DNA of 64,000 nt from the NCBI GenBank assembly GCA_964399865.1, contig CAYNRJ010000002.1, positions 97,108 through 161,107 of the forward strand, in the 5' to 3' direction. The stretch's first letter is position 1. Each line of letters begins with the position of its first letter. The translations under genes and the position numbers were made by a program. A model generated the notes under the pieces. It was not told the origin of the DNA and made no database searches. It saw nothing but the letters and a program-made list of their open reading frames with translations. Positions 15,001-21,760 of the stretch are shown here, piece by piece. Source of the stretch: an uncultured Candidatus Saccharibacteria bacterium. Lineage in GTDB: Bacteria; Patescibacteriota; Minisyncoccia; Phycocordibacterales; UBA2100.

Positions 15001-18000
15001 TACGATGGAAGTGCATACAACGATCTCGACTTGCGTGCTCTAGCTGGAGCAGGGTCGCAACTGTATTTGGACACAGGAGGCAACGTCGGTATCGGGACGA
15101 CAAGTCCGTCCACGTTGCTACATGTTCAAGGAGGGGTGATTAGGAGCAGTCATGCAAATGGGACATACGCTCTCGACATCGATGCTTCATCGGCAAGTGG
15201 CCCTGTGGCTACATTTGGAACTGGCTCGGACTCAGATGCGTACATGACCTTCGGGTCATATAACAGTATCAACAATCTTGATACTAAATCTCGAGATTTC
15301 CATCTGTTTTCAACGGCTGTTACCTCTGGCTTATTCTTCGAATCAAGCAATGGTAACGTTGGTATAGGCACAACCTCTCCATATGCGAAACTCTCTGTGG
15401 TCGGTCCGGTCGTCGCAGAATATTTCCACGCGACCTCAACAGCGGCGACATCAACATTCGCGGGCGGACTTTTCGTCAACAACGGTGCGATCACTCACGA
15501 CTTCTCGAGCGGCCTCACTTCAATAGACAACCTCGCCCTTGGCGCGCTCACGTTCGATACTGATGCTGGTATCGTGTCGTGGGTAGACATGCCAGTAACT
15601 TCCTCAGCGGCGGCAGGCACTGCCGAAAGCTACTCCGCTCAGATCGATGGCAACCCGCTTCTTACAATCTATGGAGAATCCAATGCTTCTGGTGGCGTGC
15701 AGAATATTGGCGTCGGTATCGGAACAACGACTCCGGGTGCGAAACTCGCAATTCAAGCCGGAGCAACAGATACATATAAAGCAAGCCTCTTCACGATAGG
15801 TAGTTCCACAAGCGCATACGCATCCTCGACACTATTTACAGTCCAGGCAACAGGAAACGTTGGCATCGGGACCTCTTCGCCGTCAACCGCACTGTACGTT
15901 CAGCACAATAACTCAAGCTCCGGAGTGCCGTCTGCTGTTGTTCAAAACACAAATACTGCAGGGAAGTCGCAGTATGCGGCCTTCAATGCAAACAGCACAG
16001 TGAGTGCGGGCTTCGGGGTTTTCAACTCAGCTATTGGGGTGTCTTCGCTTCAGGATGTTCCACACTTTTTCAGTTCCGGACAGCTTCAAATTATGTCTGA
16101 CGGAGGGACCGCCTCCGGTGGGACGAGTCCAATTATCTTTAAGGCAGGCGGGTACGATACAGCAGCAGAAGTTATGCGTATTGTTTCCGGCAAAGTCGGC
16201 ATCGGCACGACATCTCCTTGGGCGAAGCTCTCAGTCAATAATTTCACCGCGGCAGCAGGGTCAACAGCGCCACTCTTTATCGTTGCTTCTTCGACTGGAA
16301 CAGGAGCAACATCTACCGCGTTCTTTATTTCAAGTACAGGTGCAGTTGGGATAGGAACATCAACCACCGTTATTAATGGCACGGAAAGGGCGCTAGTCTT
16401 AGTCGCGAAAGGAACGACGAATGAGCTCATAGGTTTTTCTGGAAGTACGACGACAACCAAATGGCACCTTGGTCTGCAAGCGAAGGGCACAGATCTGAAT
16501 TTTGCGGAAACGGGGGTAGCGGACGGTAGATTGTACTTGCAAGCGGGAGGCAACGTCGGCATCGGTACGACATCGCCAACCGACACTCTCACGGTGGATG
16601 GCGCGGGTCGATTCACAGGTGCATATACGGAAGCAACTACGAACTTCGGTGTTCATGTCGGATACTTAGCTTCAACGCCTCGCATTCTTTTCGCAAACGG
16701 CAATTCTGCCCAGAACTGGCAGATCGATAACTCATCTGGGGACTTCAGGTGGTACACACCAGGCGTGGTGCATATGAATTTGTCCACCACAGGGGGTCTC
16801 ACACTTCCGAACACGACGAGCGGTATAATCAAGGCGAGCGGCACCGGTGATAGTTATTTCACCGGCGATCTCGGCATCGGTACTACATCACTACGTAGTG
16901 ATTCTGATCTACATATTTACAATTCAACAGGTGGAATCCTTGATCTTGAGACAAGCGATGCGGCGGTTATTTCCGGAGACGATCTCGGCACAATCCGCTT
17001 CTTTGCGACAGATGCTGGGTCTACCATCATGGCTCCGGGCGCATATATCCGCGCTGAAGCGAACGGTACATGGGGCGATACTGCGGACGTAGACGATGCT
17101 CCGACCTCGCTCCTCTTCTTTACGCAAAGCGATGGAGCAACCAACGATCTCGCCACTGCACGCATGCTCATCAACTCAAGTGGTAACGTTGGCGTTGCAT
17201 CTTCTACTCCCTGGGCGAAATTCGGCATTGAAAATACGGGATCAGACCGCTCGTTTGTCGTAGGCGACGTCGCAGGCGACCCGACCCCATTCGTCGTAGA
17301 TGCAAGCGGTAGCGTAGGCGTAGGATCATCAACTCCGTGGAGATTACTTTCGGTCGCGGGGACAGTTGCGTTCTCAGGGCTCACGTCGTCTGCAGCGGGA
17401 ACTGCAAACTTTAGTACAGTATGTCTCGCTGAACTAACCGGTGACATCGTGCAGAATGCAGATGATACATGTACGTCTTCTACTGCCACAATCAAACATG
17501 ATATTTTTGAATTAGACTTGAATGGTCTTGAGATTGTTTCTGCGATGACACCGAAGTCATATATATATAACGACGATCTCGACGAGGAAGTGTTCTGGGG
17601 ATTCATTGCAGAAGACATGGATCAAATTGATGATACGTTTGGCACCAAGTTGACTCACTATGAGAATGGGCAGCCGCGCGACTACCAGCAACGTGCCGTT
17701 CTTGCTGTCTTTACCGATGCAATACAGGAATTAAATTCTCGAACCGTGTTCGCCTCAAGTACATACGCATCCTCAACTCCTCGACTATTCGTAGATGCAA
17801 CAGGAAACATCGGGATCGGCACCACAACTCCTCAATACGATCTCCACGTTGTAGGTGATGTTGCCGCACAATCCTTTGTAAACATCTCAACCGAGAGCTC
17901 CAAGAAGAACATCAGTGAGATCGGTGAAGCAACAGAAGACCAATATCTCCAGAAACTTGAGAACATCGATCTTGTTAATTACCTCTACGTCACAGAATCA

Positions 18001-18666
18001 AGCACCTCCACCCCTCATCTAGGCCTTATTGCAGAAGACGCTCCAGCAGAAGTCCTTGCTGCAGGTGGAAAGGGCGTCGACCTCTACAAGTTCATCTCCT
18101 TCCTTACGGGTGCTTTGAAATCTCTTGCTGCTGATGTCAAAGAACTGAGCGAGAAAGTCGCAAGGTTCGCACAAGAGATCACATCGAGGAAGGTTGTCGC
18201 TACGGATACTCTCTGTGTCGGCAATACTTGTGTGACTGAAAGCCAGTTGCAGCAACTACTTGCCGGTCAGAGTGCTACGCCAACACCAGATCCTGAGGAA
18301 CCTCTTACCGGTACTGGCGGCGGTACCGACGAAGCCCCTGTCATCACTATTATCGGCGAGAGTACGATGCATATAGAAGTTGGAGCAGGGTATACAGATC
18401 AAGGAGCGCTCGTAGTAGATGATATAGATCCTAGTGTTGCGATCACCACGTTCGTCGACGGCGAACACGTCCTTTCTGTACAACTCGACACCTCATCCCC
18501 AAGAACATACGAAATAAAATATCGCGCAGTAGATTCAGCAGAGAATGTTACTGAGGCACTACGCACTGTCGAGGTCACGGAGCCAGTGGTGTCGGAATCA
18601 GACGCTGACGGTGAATCAATCCCAGACATTGGAACTAACTCCGAAGAGTCTGATACAGAGGTATGA
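1..18666 (+). CDS. Giant (>6200 aa, 5'-truncated) T/S/G-rich repetitive surface fibre/adhesin-like protein with GNVGIGTTSP-type repeats, two peptidase S74-like chaperone domains and a C-terminal DUF5011-like Ig domain
   Basis: Frame +1 is open from base 1 (LATINSTAITAGGTFTITAASSTLL...) into the listed ORF 343..18666, so the true start lies upstream of the window. Recurrent modules GNVGIGTxxP, TNFAITxVTSSLLKT, AVAGTDY, ASSTIGAGGQTTGLTISGGATTT; NVAIG beta-roll-like repeats at ~3760-4440; S74-like segments at ~17476-17740 and ~17887-18180; APVITIIG...YTDQGA Ig-like domain at ~18334-18576. Confidence 0.9.
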   Translation, partial: LATINSTAITAGGTFTITAASSTLLTDTNRFTGGNVFSNATSTNFAITGISNSLLSTNANGSIVATTSLSTNILNGTLSITNGGTGTSTPGAYGDVFTWNGSNWQGFATSTLGLVKFSDLSIYSTFGYPFPNNATTTGLGLYASTTIGAGGQATGLTISGGATTTGNAYFAGSVGIGTNSPLGALQVTQAANLPRYGIDVVSSDDNTTLSLTNTDTGGGTWWLASTGGSSSWGQGKLLFGAGANWPSAPVMTLDSTGYLGLGLTSPATRLDVLGTASSTNLFVNTTATTTNLAVTGITSSLLKTNSLGQITAAVAGTDYANFQYLFPLNATTTGLGLYASTTIGAGTSVTGLTISGGATTTGNLLVQGSATTTNIAVTGTASSSALIISSAGGSGTRCLQVGADGTVSANGSACGTGSGGFDFTPTTFGAIAANSTSTLIGFSQGIFSLASSTIGAGGQTTGLTVSGGATTTGNQYIGGTLNAGATTLSSLTLTTALSATNGGTGQSSYTTGDILYASGANTLSKLPIGNAGEVLKIAGGIPSWGTDLSSGGGTGGTWSTTTSQVTGTLINYPNNTSDIVVIGSTATTSAEYWFDPNAGITYLSGNVGIGTVAPLAKVTIADTLGSGARYLDIGDDSYLTDLDTANTLGVYGIQDSAIASLRLGSGGGTISGASGNIGIGDSTPTFTLDVTGNARFTSFVDASHFVATSTTNINSFPLLTATTATTTNFAVTSVTSSLLKTNSLGQITAAVAGTDYTNFQFPWTATTFGSTNANSTSTLIGFTQGIYALASSTIGAGGQTTGLTISGGATTTGNLIVQGTGTSTFAGAVAIGNDGSGAYQDANDLVVGSLTGSNGITVRAGTSGVSNVFFADSVSGSGQYSGIISYSHALDRFQITTGSAGYSGSLGMYITSSGNTAIGTTTPYSKLTAWGTGSLFEAVTNASTTIFKIGQNGATSTNFAITGVISSLLKTDASGNIGAAIAGTDYANFQYLFPSNATSTTLTFGAGLLSSASSTFSANLNIATTSSLLATNANGTIVATTSLSTNFLSGTLATINSTAITAGGTFTITAASSTLLANTNYWSGGNIFTNATTTSLYIGSLTGPLQAIGGQVSATSTLSIAYGGTGLSTAPSYGQLLMGNSSGAYALTSTSSLGLASFAFPFTPATSWNSTSTLILFSQGIIANASSTIGGGTSVTGLTISGGATTTGNAYIAGNLGVGSSTPNYKLDVKGFVNVDEFSGYKQGGNTILYASTTNNALAVGASSAAAWMSASSTAWNSVAIGDGALGTTPLNAGSNNNVAIGANSLRNLTTGSSNVAIGKDALYSATSGSENFALGASVLYYNNGDYNVGIGSGVLGSNTSGSYNIGIGRLSMQYNTVGENNVAIGGATLNQATSSSNNTAIGFFAGASISGATGAVGAGNTLLGHRAGGEITTGGYNTIIGYFTGSNVTTGSNNILIGQDVRSGLSVTASDQLNIGNLLFGTGLGSGTTLGTGNIGIGLANPATKLDVLGTASSTNLFVNTTATTTNLTISGITNSLLSANSLGQVIATSTLSTNYLSGTLATINSTTITAGGTFTITAASSTLLANTNYWSGSNTFTNATSTNFAITSITSSLLKTNSSGSIVPAIAGTDYSNFQFPWTATTFGATSANSTSTLIGFNAGLYALASSTIGNGTLGLTVSGTATTTGRAYFGGNVGIGIANPAHLLEITPTADNANHFVINSSSGADRFRVGTDGSGHGFLTLFDGSSNQDVLIGANGISYFNGGNVGIGNSAPNEKLNVQGAIAGQALFATSSTITSVFTGGVYVTGTTTLANATSTNFAITAVTSTLLKTNSTGGVIPAIAGTDYSNFQFPFTPAASWNSTSTLILFSNGIIANASSTIGAGGQATGLTISGGATTTGDLRVQGTATSSFAGILSIGSTTPAGTPVFFVGTSSPLLTVTKPRGYVGIGTASPTSVLYVNTPTTDIAAATFAKAQAGSDTGAYLEFTGASGVSRGFVGFTKHGGGSDTFFTGETADALAIRAEAAFQLGVGDLISMTAIDNGNIGIGDVSPASLFTVGANDAFQVNSSGVVAAATGITSSGNITFSGLSAGGVGVTGTGLLYSFSTSTWTFASSTLLSDTNRWTGGNVFSNATSTNFAITAVTSSLLKTNANGSIVPAIAGTDYVAGSSFFQFPWTATTFGSTAANSTSTLIGFTQGIYALASSTIGAGGQTTGLTISGGATTTGNAYFAGRVGIGTASPVTDLEVSRTYGKIARFYATAQTGIYLDVANDNNKGGYIGHSLPSMTSSVGTVNSGLWLSSYDGSNPGGTIKLATADTDQISFITGTTPVSRMSITSAGKVGIGTTSPVAQLTVATQNGANGSINKLFLVASSTASATTTLFSIDNTGLVSYTTLNGGPATTTALAITGVTSSLLKTDSAGNVLAAVAGTDYSNFGFPFTPSASWNSTSTLILFSQGIIANASSTIGAGGQATGLTISGGATTTGDLSVQGTATSSFIGVLSIGSTTPSGNALFSIGTSTPLIVVDKRTGNVGIGTSAPGATLDIFKASGTGLRIGQSGNYFISLGSSGIVSSRGAGAFVINSDHGINFQEDSTTVFSIADGAPANILSISSTGNVGVGTTSPYAKLSVVGEAVAAYFTATTTTNINTFPLLTSTTATTTNLAVTGVTSSLLKTNSLGQVTAAVAGADYANFQYLFPSNATTTALGLYASTTIGDGSQVGGLTISGGASTTRDFYFGTGAQVDFHDEIADKLYLYSNTYGIGIEASTLTNWSGTQFRWRVGGTSVTTGSERMLLTGSGLTVTGSATTSSNLVVQGNATTTNLAITGVTSSLLKTDASGNVLAAVAGTDYANFGYLFPVDGYATTTGLGIFASTTIGDGSQAGGLTVSGNATTSGRLFVGNSIGSVNTASANGPRAINLIDTSAVMRVWRYAATTTTNNPAIELIQGTNTNGSSADNTWWDMFTSADGGTPDSERFSIRRRTGGSNGVFFSIHSSGNVGIGNNVPSEKLNVQGAIAGQGLFATSSAMTSVFTGGLTVSGTTTLASATSTNFAITNLTSTLLKTNSDGSVVAAVAGTDYATPGQASFPFTPSASWNSTSTLILFSQGIIANASSTIGAGGQGTGLTISGGATTTGHSYFAGSLGISTTTFNSAQFSLQATSSNATLATLYSSTGSTKLFDATVVSDVPLFTFGKKAGTKLTQYTQVEFTDENGNNSDWSFRVAGNSYPIINLGSSGGTLASPSNVSPPTEYSNKISGLILGHGYINSAWRDTSGISFGYDATPSGSAYSSNITFLTTSGTTITERMRLSTAGNLGIGNNSPTEKLNVQGIAQAQAFNATSTAFTSQLLGGLIVSGTTTLANATSTNLSVSGTASTTALIVSGAGGAAGCATFAADGTISNTGSACGTGGGTFSWTATTFGSIAANSTSTLIGFTQGIYALASSTIGDGTQTGGLTISGGATTTGQLTVSGTATSSIAGTLSLGSTTPIGSNSRLFIQSPSSGSAFRIARATSAGSFIDVSLSSSGNTAATTITDGGSNTLTVAAGSAGISLNDANASPVKIHTATALNTSSFTVGSGTTTFVGGRVGVGTSSPFAKFSIHAPSSGTYFSTIFAVASSSLAATTTVFSVDGLGATTTNFAISNVTSSLLKTTATGAVIPAVAGTDYATPGQASFPFTPAVAWNATSTLILFSQGIIANASSTIGDGTQAGGLTINGGATTTRNLVLTGTAANLVLGSNYLSGDGGDEGIFVDSSGYVGIGTTTPPSKLSVQSGGGTNAILVTNSGNGSNSTALHVNSNGSGTFYAYDLDANLTALYSNEAARLASGGLYLWTNSATDASGGGTPDTSFSRLSAGKIGVGTGAANEIDGTLIAGSIGIGTTSPYAKLSVVGETVAAYFTATTTTNINTFPLLTATTATTTNLAVTGITSSLLKTNSLGQLTAAVAGTDYATPGQASFPFTPAVAWNATSTLILFSQGIIANASSTIGAGGQTTGLTISGGATTTGNLFVTGSGTSTFANYLGIGTTSPWGNGLLTVGTSTPLLYVDKTNGYVGMGTTTPTAQLQVGEQVAVPFASGLNTSLVKFGREIIDSGSVDQETAVLQVGSNIRSTGNTGEIHASMYTEMETNALSYGNFTNSLLGHSINIVHRATTTVANFQALDPDIQLVAGAGSVTNAMGVDIDVSPQAGYTGTVTNAYAIKADIDNVSGATITNAYGLRLGFTNGGTLTNGYGVYLTDVPATNSYGIYQAGTNDLNYFGGNVGVGTTSPFAKLSVHGDTLGTYNSTLFAVASSSLSATTTIFSVDQLGATTTNFAISNVASSLLKTTATGAVIPAVAGTDYATPGQASFPFTPAVAWNATSTLILFSQGIIANASSTIGAGGQTTGLTISGGATTTADLVVGGGTLNISNQTFSSEQTYSRLLNRTVVQHYQNSSNNYVRNLDIVAAGYDRQSVIRFLNQTRNTSDPVETVRINESGNLGVGTTSPFAKLSVHGDTLGTYNSTLFAVASSSLSATTTIFSVDQLGATTTNFAISNVASSLLKTTATGAVIPAVAGTDYANFSYLFPVNGYATTTGLGIFASTTIGAGGQTTGLTISGGATTTGNLFVTGSGTSTFSNFLAIGTSSPWGNGLLNVGTSSPRLYVDNTSGYVGIGTTTPSYPLTVAGSSALIYNETGSAYLNLKSGVNGDNAINAGINFQGADGTDFAISYDRRGCCTPGLNFWSYIAGEYKEVFSVGLNNGLILNRFPGTPYPGNVSMQTGSTSAAILTVDGGGSSGAAVKGLVVQGASSQTANLQEWQNSSGVVLAAVTAAGNFGIGNGNVSPNEKLNVQGAIAGQALFATSSTMTSVFTGGVYVTGTTTLANATSTNFAVTGTASTTALIVSNAGGTAGCATFSSIGLLSNTGSACGGSGSAFPFTPTTFGATSANSTSTLIGFTQGIYALASSTIGNGTLTGGLTISGGATTTDNLYVGGYLEVVDSGTLANFNDGSDGINFQVSGGVAGIIGYDGSAYNDLDLRALAGAGSQLYLDTGGNVGIGTTSPSTLLHVQGGVIRSSHANGTYALDIDASSASGPVATFGTGSDSDAYMTFGSYNSINNLDTKSRDFHLFSTAVTSGLFFESSNGNVGIGTTSPYAKLSVVGPVVAEYFHATSTAATSTFAGGLFVNNGAITHDFSSGLTSIDNLALGALTFDTDAGIVSWVDMPVTSSAAAGTAESYSAQIDGNPLLTIYGESNASGGVQNIGVGIGTTTPGAKLAIQAGATDTYKASLFTIGSSTSAYASSTLFTVQATGNVGIGTSSPSTALYVQHNNSSSGVPSAVVQNTNTAGKSQYAAFNANSTVSAGFGVFNSAIGVSSLQDVPHFFSSGQLQIMSDGGTASGGTSPIIFKAGGYDTAAEVMRIVSGKVGIGTTSPWAKLSVNNFTAAAGSTAPLFIVASSTGTGATSTAFFISSTGAVGIGTSTTVINGTERALVLVAKGTTNELIGFSGSTTTTKWHLGLQAKGTDLNFAETGVADGRLYLQAGGNVGIGTTSPTDTLTVDGAGRFTGAYTEATTNFGVHVGYLASTPRILFANGNSAQNWQIDNSSGDFRWYTPGVVHMNLSTTGGLTLPNTTSGIIKASGTGDSYFTGDLGIGTTSLRSDSDLHIYNSTGGILDLETSDAAVISGDDLGTIRFFATDAGSTIMAPGAYIRAEANGTWGDTADVDDAPTSLLFFTQSDGATNDLATARMLINSSGNVGVASSTPWAKFGIENTGSDRSFVVGDVAGDPTPFVVDASGSVGVGSSTPWRLLSVAGTVAFSGLTSSAAGTANFSTVCLAELTGDIVQNADDTCTSSTATIKHDIFELDLNGLEIVSAMTPKSYIYNDDLDEEVFWGFIAEDMDQIDDTFGTKLTHYENGQPRDYQQRAVLAVFTDAIQELNSRTVFASSTYASSTPRLFVDATGNIGIGTTTPQYDLHVVGDVAAQSFVNISTESSKKNISEIGEATEDQYLQKLENIDLVNYLYVTESSTSTPHLGLIAEDAPAEVLAAGGKGVDLYKFISFLTGALKSLAADVKELSEKVARFAQEITSRKVVATDTLCVGNTCVTESQLQQLLAGQSATPTPDPEEPLTGTGGGTDEAPVITIIGESTMHIEVGAGYTDQGALVVDDIDPSVAITTFVDGEHVLSVQLDTSSPRTYEIKYRAVDSAENVTEALRTVEVTEPVVSESDADGESIPDIGTNSEESDTEV
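10978..13106 (+). repeat. 113-bp identical repeat, three copies (10978-11090, 11824-11936, 12994-13106)
   Basis: gccggcactgactacgcaactccaggacaggcttcg...atcattgcgaacgc identical in three places; copies 2 and 3 extend further 3', copies 1 and 3 further 5'. Confidence 0.9.
12775..13637 (+). repeat. 212-bp identical direct repeat inside the giant gene (12775-12986 and 13426-13637)
   Basis: gttggcacaacatctccatttgcc...caggcgctgtgattcc reads identically at both positions. Confidence 0.9.
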
Positions 18667-19652
18667 TTACTTCGATGCGCACCAAAAGGATAGTAAGAAT
18701 TCTTGTTAAGACTGGACTCCTCCTCGCGATCGGTGTGAGTATCGGTATATATGTGGCAAAGGGTAAGGGAATTGATGAGTGTGGCAAAGCATATACATTC
18801 CTGAATCAAAGCGCGATTTGCGCCGAGCAAGTGATCTCGAAGACTGCGTACACGAAGACCCAGCGCGAGATCAGTCAATATGTCGAAACTGCACGATTGA
18901 CCGGAAAGGCAAAGGAGGTAAGTGTATATTTTCGTGATTTGAATAATGGCCCCGTATTTGGACTTAATGAACTGGACGAATTTGTCCCTGCATCACTCCT
19001 GAAGTTACCGCTTGCCTTCGTGTACCTTACGGTTGCAGAAATACAACCTGGATTACTCGCTCAACGAATTCAATATACAGCCGCCGATACTACAGCAGTG
19101 CAGTATTTCAAGGGCATTCAAACGGTCCATGCCGGGGAAGAGCATACAGTGGAAGAGCTATTGGAGCTCATGCTGACGTATTCTGACAATAATGCGCAAG
19201 AACTGCTGTCGAGCTATTTAGAGACCGACTCGAGCGCCATCGATGTTCGTGCGGAAATATTCAACGAACTTGGTCTTACGGATCCCGAGACCGCAATGGA
19301 AGAAAGTTTGAGCGTACGCGGATACGCAGCACTTTTCCGTCTGTTATATAACGCATCTTTCTTAAATGCCGAACAGTCGGAAAAAGTCTTGGGATGGCTG
19401 TCGCGCTCGGATTTTAAAGAGGGGCTCACAGCAGGAGTACCCGAGGGCATTATCGTTGCTCATAAATTCGGGGAACGCTCGGCAATGGATTCAGATGAAC
19501 GACAGTTACACGATTGCGGCATCGTCTACTATCCCGAAAATCCGTATCTGTTGTGCATTATGACAAAGGGCGACAATTGGGAAGAGCTTGCGAAGGTGAT
19601 TGCCGATATTTCCCGTACGATATTTGAAGAAGTGAATTCACGTAGGATATGA
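18663..19652 (+). CDS. Membrane-anchored serine hydrolase of class A beta-lactamase/penicillin-binding fold (Beta-lactamase2-like)
   Basis: N-terminal TM; SxxK (PASLLKLP), SDN and HKFG (KTG-equivalent) motifs; HDCGIVY...PYLLCIMT tail; ATGA overlap with the giant gene. Confidence 0.85.
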   Translation: MITSMRTKRIVRILVKTGLLLAIGVSIGIYVAKGKGIDECGKAYTFLNQSAICAEQVISKTAYTKTQREISQYVETARLTGKAKEVSVYFRDLNNGPVFGLNELDEFVPASLLKLPLAFVYLTVAEIQPGLLAQRIQYTAADTTAVQYFKGIQTVHAGEEHTVEELLELMLTYSDNNAQELLSSYLETDSSAIDVRAEIFNELGLTDPETAMEESLSVRGYAALFRLLYNASFLNAEQSEKVLGWLSRSDFKEGLTAGVPEGIIVAHKFGERSAMDSDERQLHDCGIVYYPENPYLLCIMTKGDNWEELAKVIADISRTIFEEVNSRRI

Positions 19653-21760
19653 GAAAGCACGATCTCAATGCAGTGGCGGCAATACTATTTATAGGTGCAA
19701 TTTTTCTTGCGCCGCAGTTTGCGGATGCGGGTGTTATCGGCCGACCGGCGAATAATCTCGGTCTCATAGGGTATTGGAGTTTTAATGAAGGAACAACGAC
19801 CAGCGTCGGAGATTTCAGTGGTTTTGGAAACACGGGCACCGCGTCTACCTCTATGTGGACCTCGGGTAGAAGAGGTACGGCGCTCAACTTCAATGGTACC
19901 AACCAGTACGCGACAATGTCGACTTTCAATCAATCTCTTTTACCTGCCACTTTTGTGTCATGGGTATACGTACCGACGGCAGCCGACCTGCAGGCATGCC
20001 GGGGGGTCGTCTTCTCGAGAGGCACGAGCGTGTCAGGTATTAACGTAGGAGCATGCTCTGCTTCGACGAAGCTCGGGTATCACTGGAATGGTGCTGCGAA
20101 TACATGGGGGTGGACTGGAGGACCTCCCGTTCCTATCGGCGAATGGTTCCTTGCAGCGCTTGTTGTTGAATCTAGTCAGGCAACGATGTATGCAATAACC
20201 GCAAGTGGGGCAACTTCGACTGCAAATGGAGTCGCCCACACTGCTTCGACGATAAATGACCTCAAGATTGGCGTTGATGAAACGTTGGATCGTTATTTTG
20301 AAGGAAAGATAGATGAGGCGCGTATTTATAATCGTGCATTAACCCAGGCAGAATTGCAGGTGTTGTATCAATCTGGAGCTGCCGTTCTCAATAAATCTCA
20401 TACTTCCGTCGCGGAGGGTCTTGTCGGATGGTGGACCATGGATGGTCAGGAGATGTCTATGAATATCGGGGACAAAAGTGGTAATGGGAATAACGGGTAT
20501 CTCGTTAACGCGCCGACGTCAACAGCTCAGATTGTCGGCAAAATTGGTTCCGCGCTCTCCTTTGATGGAATAGATGACTATGTGATCGTGAACGATAGTG
20601 ACAGCTTAGATACAGCAAACGGCCTAACGGTCTCAGCGTGGATATACGATAGTAATGATGGACAGCAACGCCACTCGATAAATAAAGACAACACCTCGCA
20701 AAGAAATTGGATAATCAGGCGTCAAACGGATACCACAGGTAATTACCACATGTGGAATTCCGGGGGTACTTTGCGTCAGTTTGTGCCCGCGAACAGTTGG
20801 AAAATTAATGAATGGTTCCACGTGGTGTTTACGGCTGCTGTTAGTGGGTCAACGATTAATCTTGAGGTGTTCATTAACGGAGTTTCTGTCGGAACAGATT
20901 CATTCGCAGGTACGGCTCTGCAAACGGGTACTTCGCGGATGCATATGGGCATAGACGCGCCCGGCGGTAGTGAAAAACGCCAACGTCTTGACGACGTACG
21001 TGTGTACAATCGAGCGGTTTCTGCAGCGGAGGCGAAACAAATATATAACGAAAGCGCCGGAGCTAAAATAAACGTGAGTACGGCAACAGGATCTTTAAAT
21101 GACGGACTTGTCGGATATTGGTCATTCAACGGTCCAGATGTCACAGATACAGCAATCTACGATCGTTCTCCGAGCGGGGTCAATAGTTATTTTGTTAATA
21201 GTGCAACATCAACGGCAAAAACTCCGGGGGTCATAGGACAAGCGCTCAATTTTAATGGCGTTAACAATTTTGCATCGCTGCTCACAGACTTCAGCGAGCC
21301 GTCGAATCTCACTCTTTCTATATGGTTTAAGACCACCTCTACCGCTTCAAAGAATGCACTTTTCGGTCAGGCGAATGTGCAACCGCCAACCGGGGCGAGC
21401 TCATTCGTGCCGCCGCTATGGGTATTGTCTGACGGAAGAGTGCGAGCAGAACTTTGGACCGGAGGCGCGGGGCAAATTTATTCATCAAGTGGCTACAACG
21501 ACGGGCATTGGCACATGGCCACTCTCGTTGCCACGACGACAATGCAATCTTTGTATGTGGATGGAGAATATGTCGGAAGTAGATCCGGTACTCTTAGTCA
21601 GAGCTGGTGGGTGTCCTCAACTATCGGCGCTGCGTATGTGAACTCCCGTGAGAGTCAGAGTGGGTGGGGCTACTTCAATGGATCGATAGATGAAGTGAGA
21701 TTCTATAACCGCGCACTGAGCGCTGCGGAGATTAAGCGACTCTACAATACAGGACAATGA
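19649..21760 (+). CDS. Secreted protein with three LamG-like (concanavalin A-like) jellyroll domains
   Basis: Signal peptide; three repeats of GL[IV]G[YW]W[ST][FM]...G..G.AL.F[ND]G...[IL]D[ED].R.YNRA[LV]. Confidence 0.85.
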   Translation: MRKHDLNAVAAILFIGAIFLAPQFADAGVIGRPANNLGLIGYWSFNEGTTTSVGDFSGFGNTGTASTSMWTSGRRGTALNFNGTNQYATMSTFNQSLLPATFVSWVYVPTAADLQACRGVVFSRGTSVSGINVGACSASTKLGYHWNGAANTWGWTGGPPVPIGEWFLAALVVESSQATMYAITASGATSTANGVAHTASTINDLKIGVDETLDRYFEGKIDEARIYNRALTQAELQVLYQSGAAVLNKSHTSVAEGLVGWWTMDGQEMSMNIGDKSGNGNNGYLVNAPTSTAQIVGKIGSALSFDGIDDYVIVNDSDSLDTANGLTVSAWIYDSNDGQQRHSINKDNTSQRNWIIRRQTDTTGNYHMWNSGGTLRQFVPANSWKINEWFHVVFTAAVSGSTINLEVFINGVSVGTDSFAGTALQTGTSRMHMGIDAPGGSEKRQRLDDVRVYNRAVSAAEAKQIYNESAGAKINVSTATGSLNDGLVGYWSFNGPDVTDTAIYDRSPSGVNSYFVNSATSTAKTPGVIGQALNFNGVNNFASLLTDFSEPSNLTLSIWFKTTSTASKNALFGQANVQPPTGASSFVPPLWVLSDGRVRAELWTGGAGQIYSSSGYNDGHWHMATLVATTTMQSLYVDGEYVGSRSGTLSQSWWVSSTIGAAYVNSRESQSGWGYFNGSIDEVRFYNRALSAAEIKRLYNTGQ

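Noticed and set aside
35-18878. Numerous 60-230-aa antisense and alternate-frame ORFs over the giant gene
   Set aside because: Shadows of a repetitive Thr/Ser/Gly/Ala coding strand; no independent signals or motifs.
18663-19652. Bona fide antibiotic-resistance beta-lactamase
   Set aside because: Fold motifs alone do not establish activity; KTG is KFG and I cannot place a class A omega-loop ExxLN motif.
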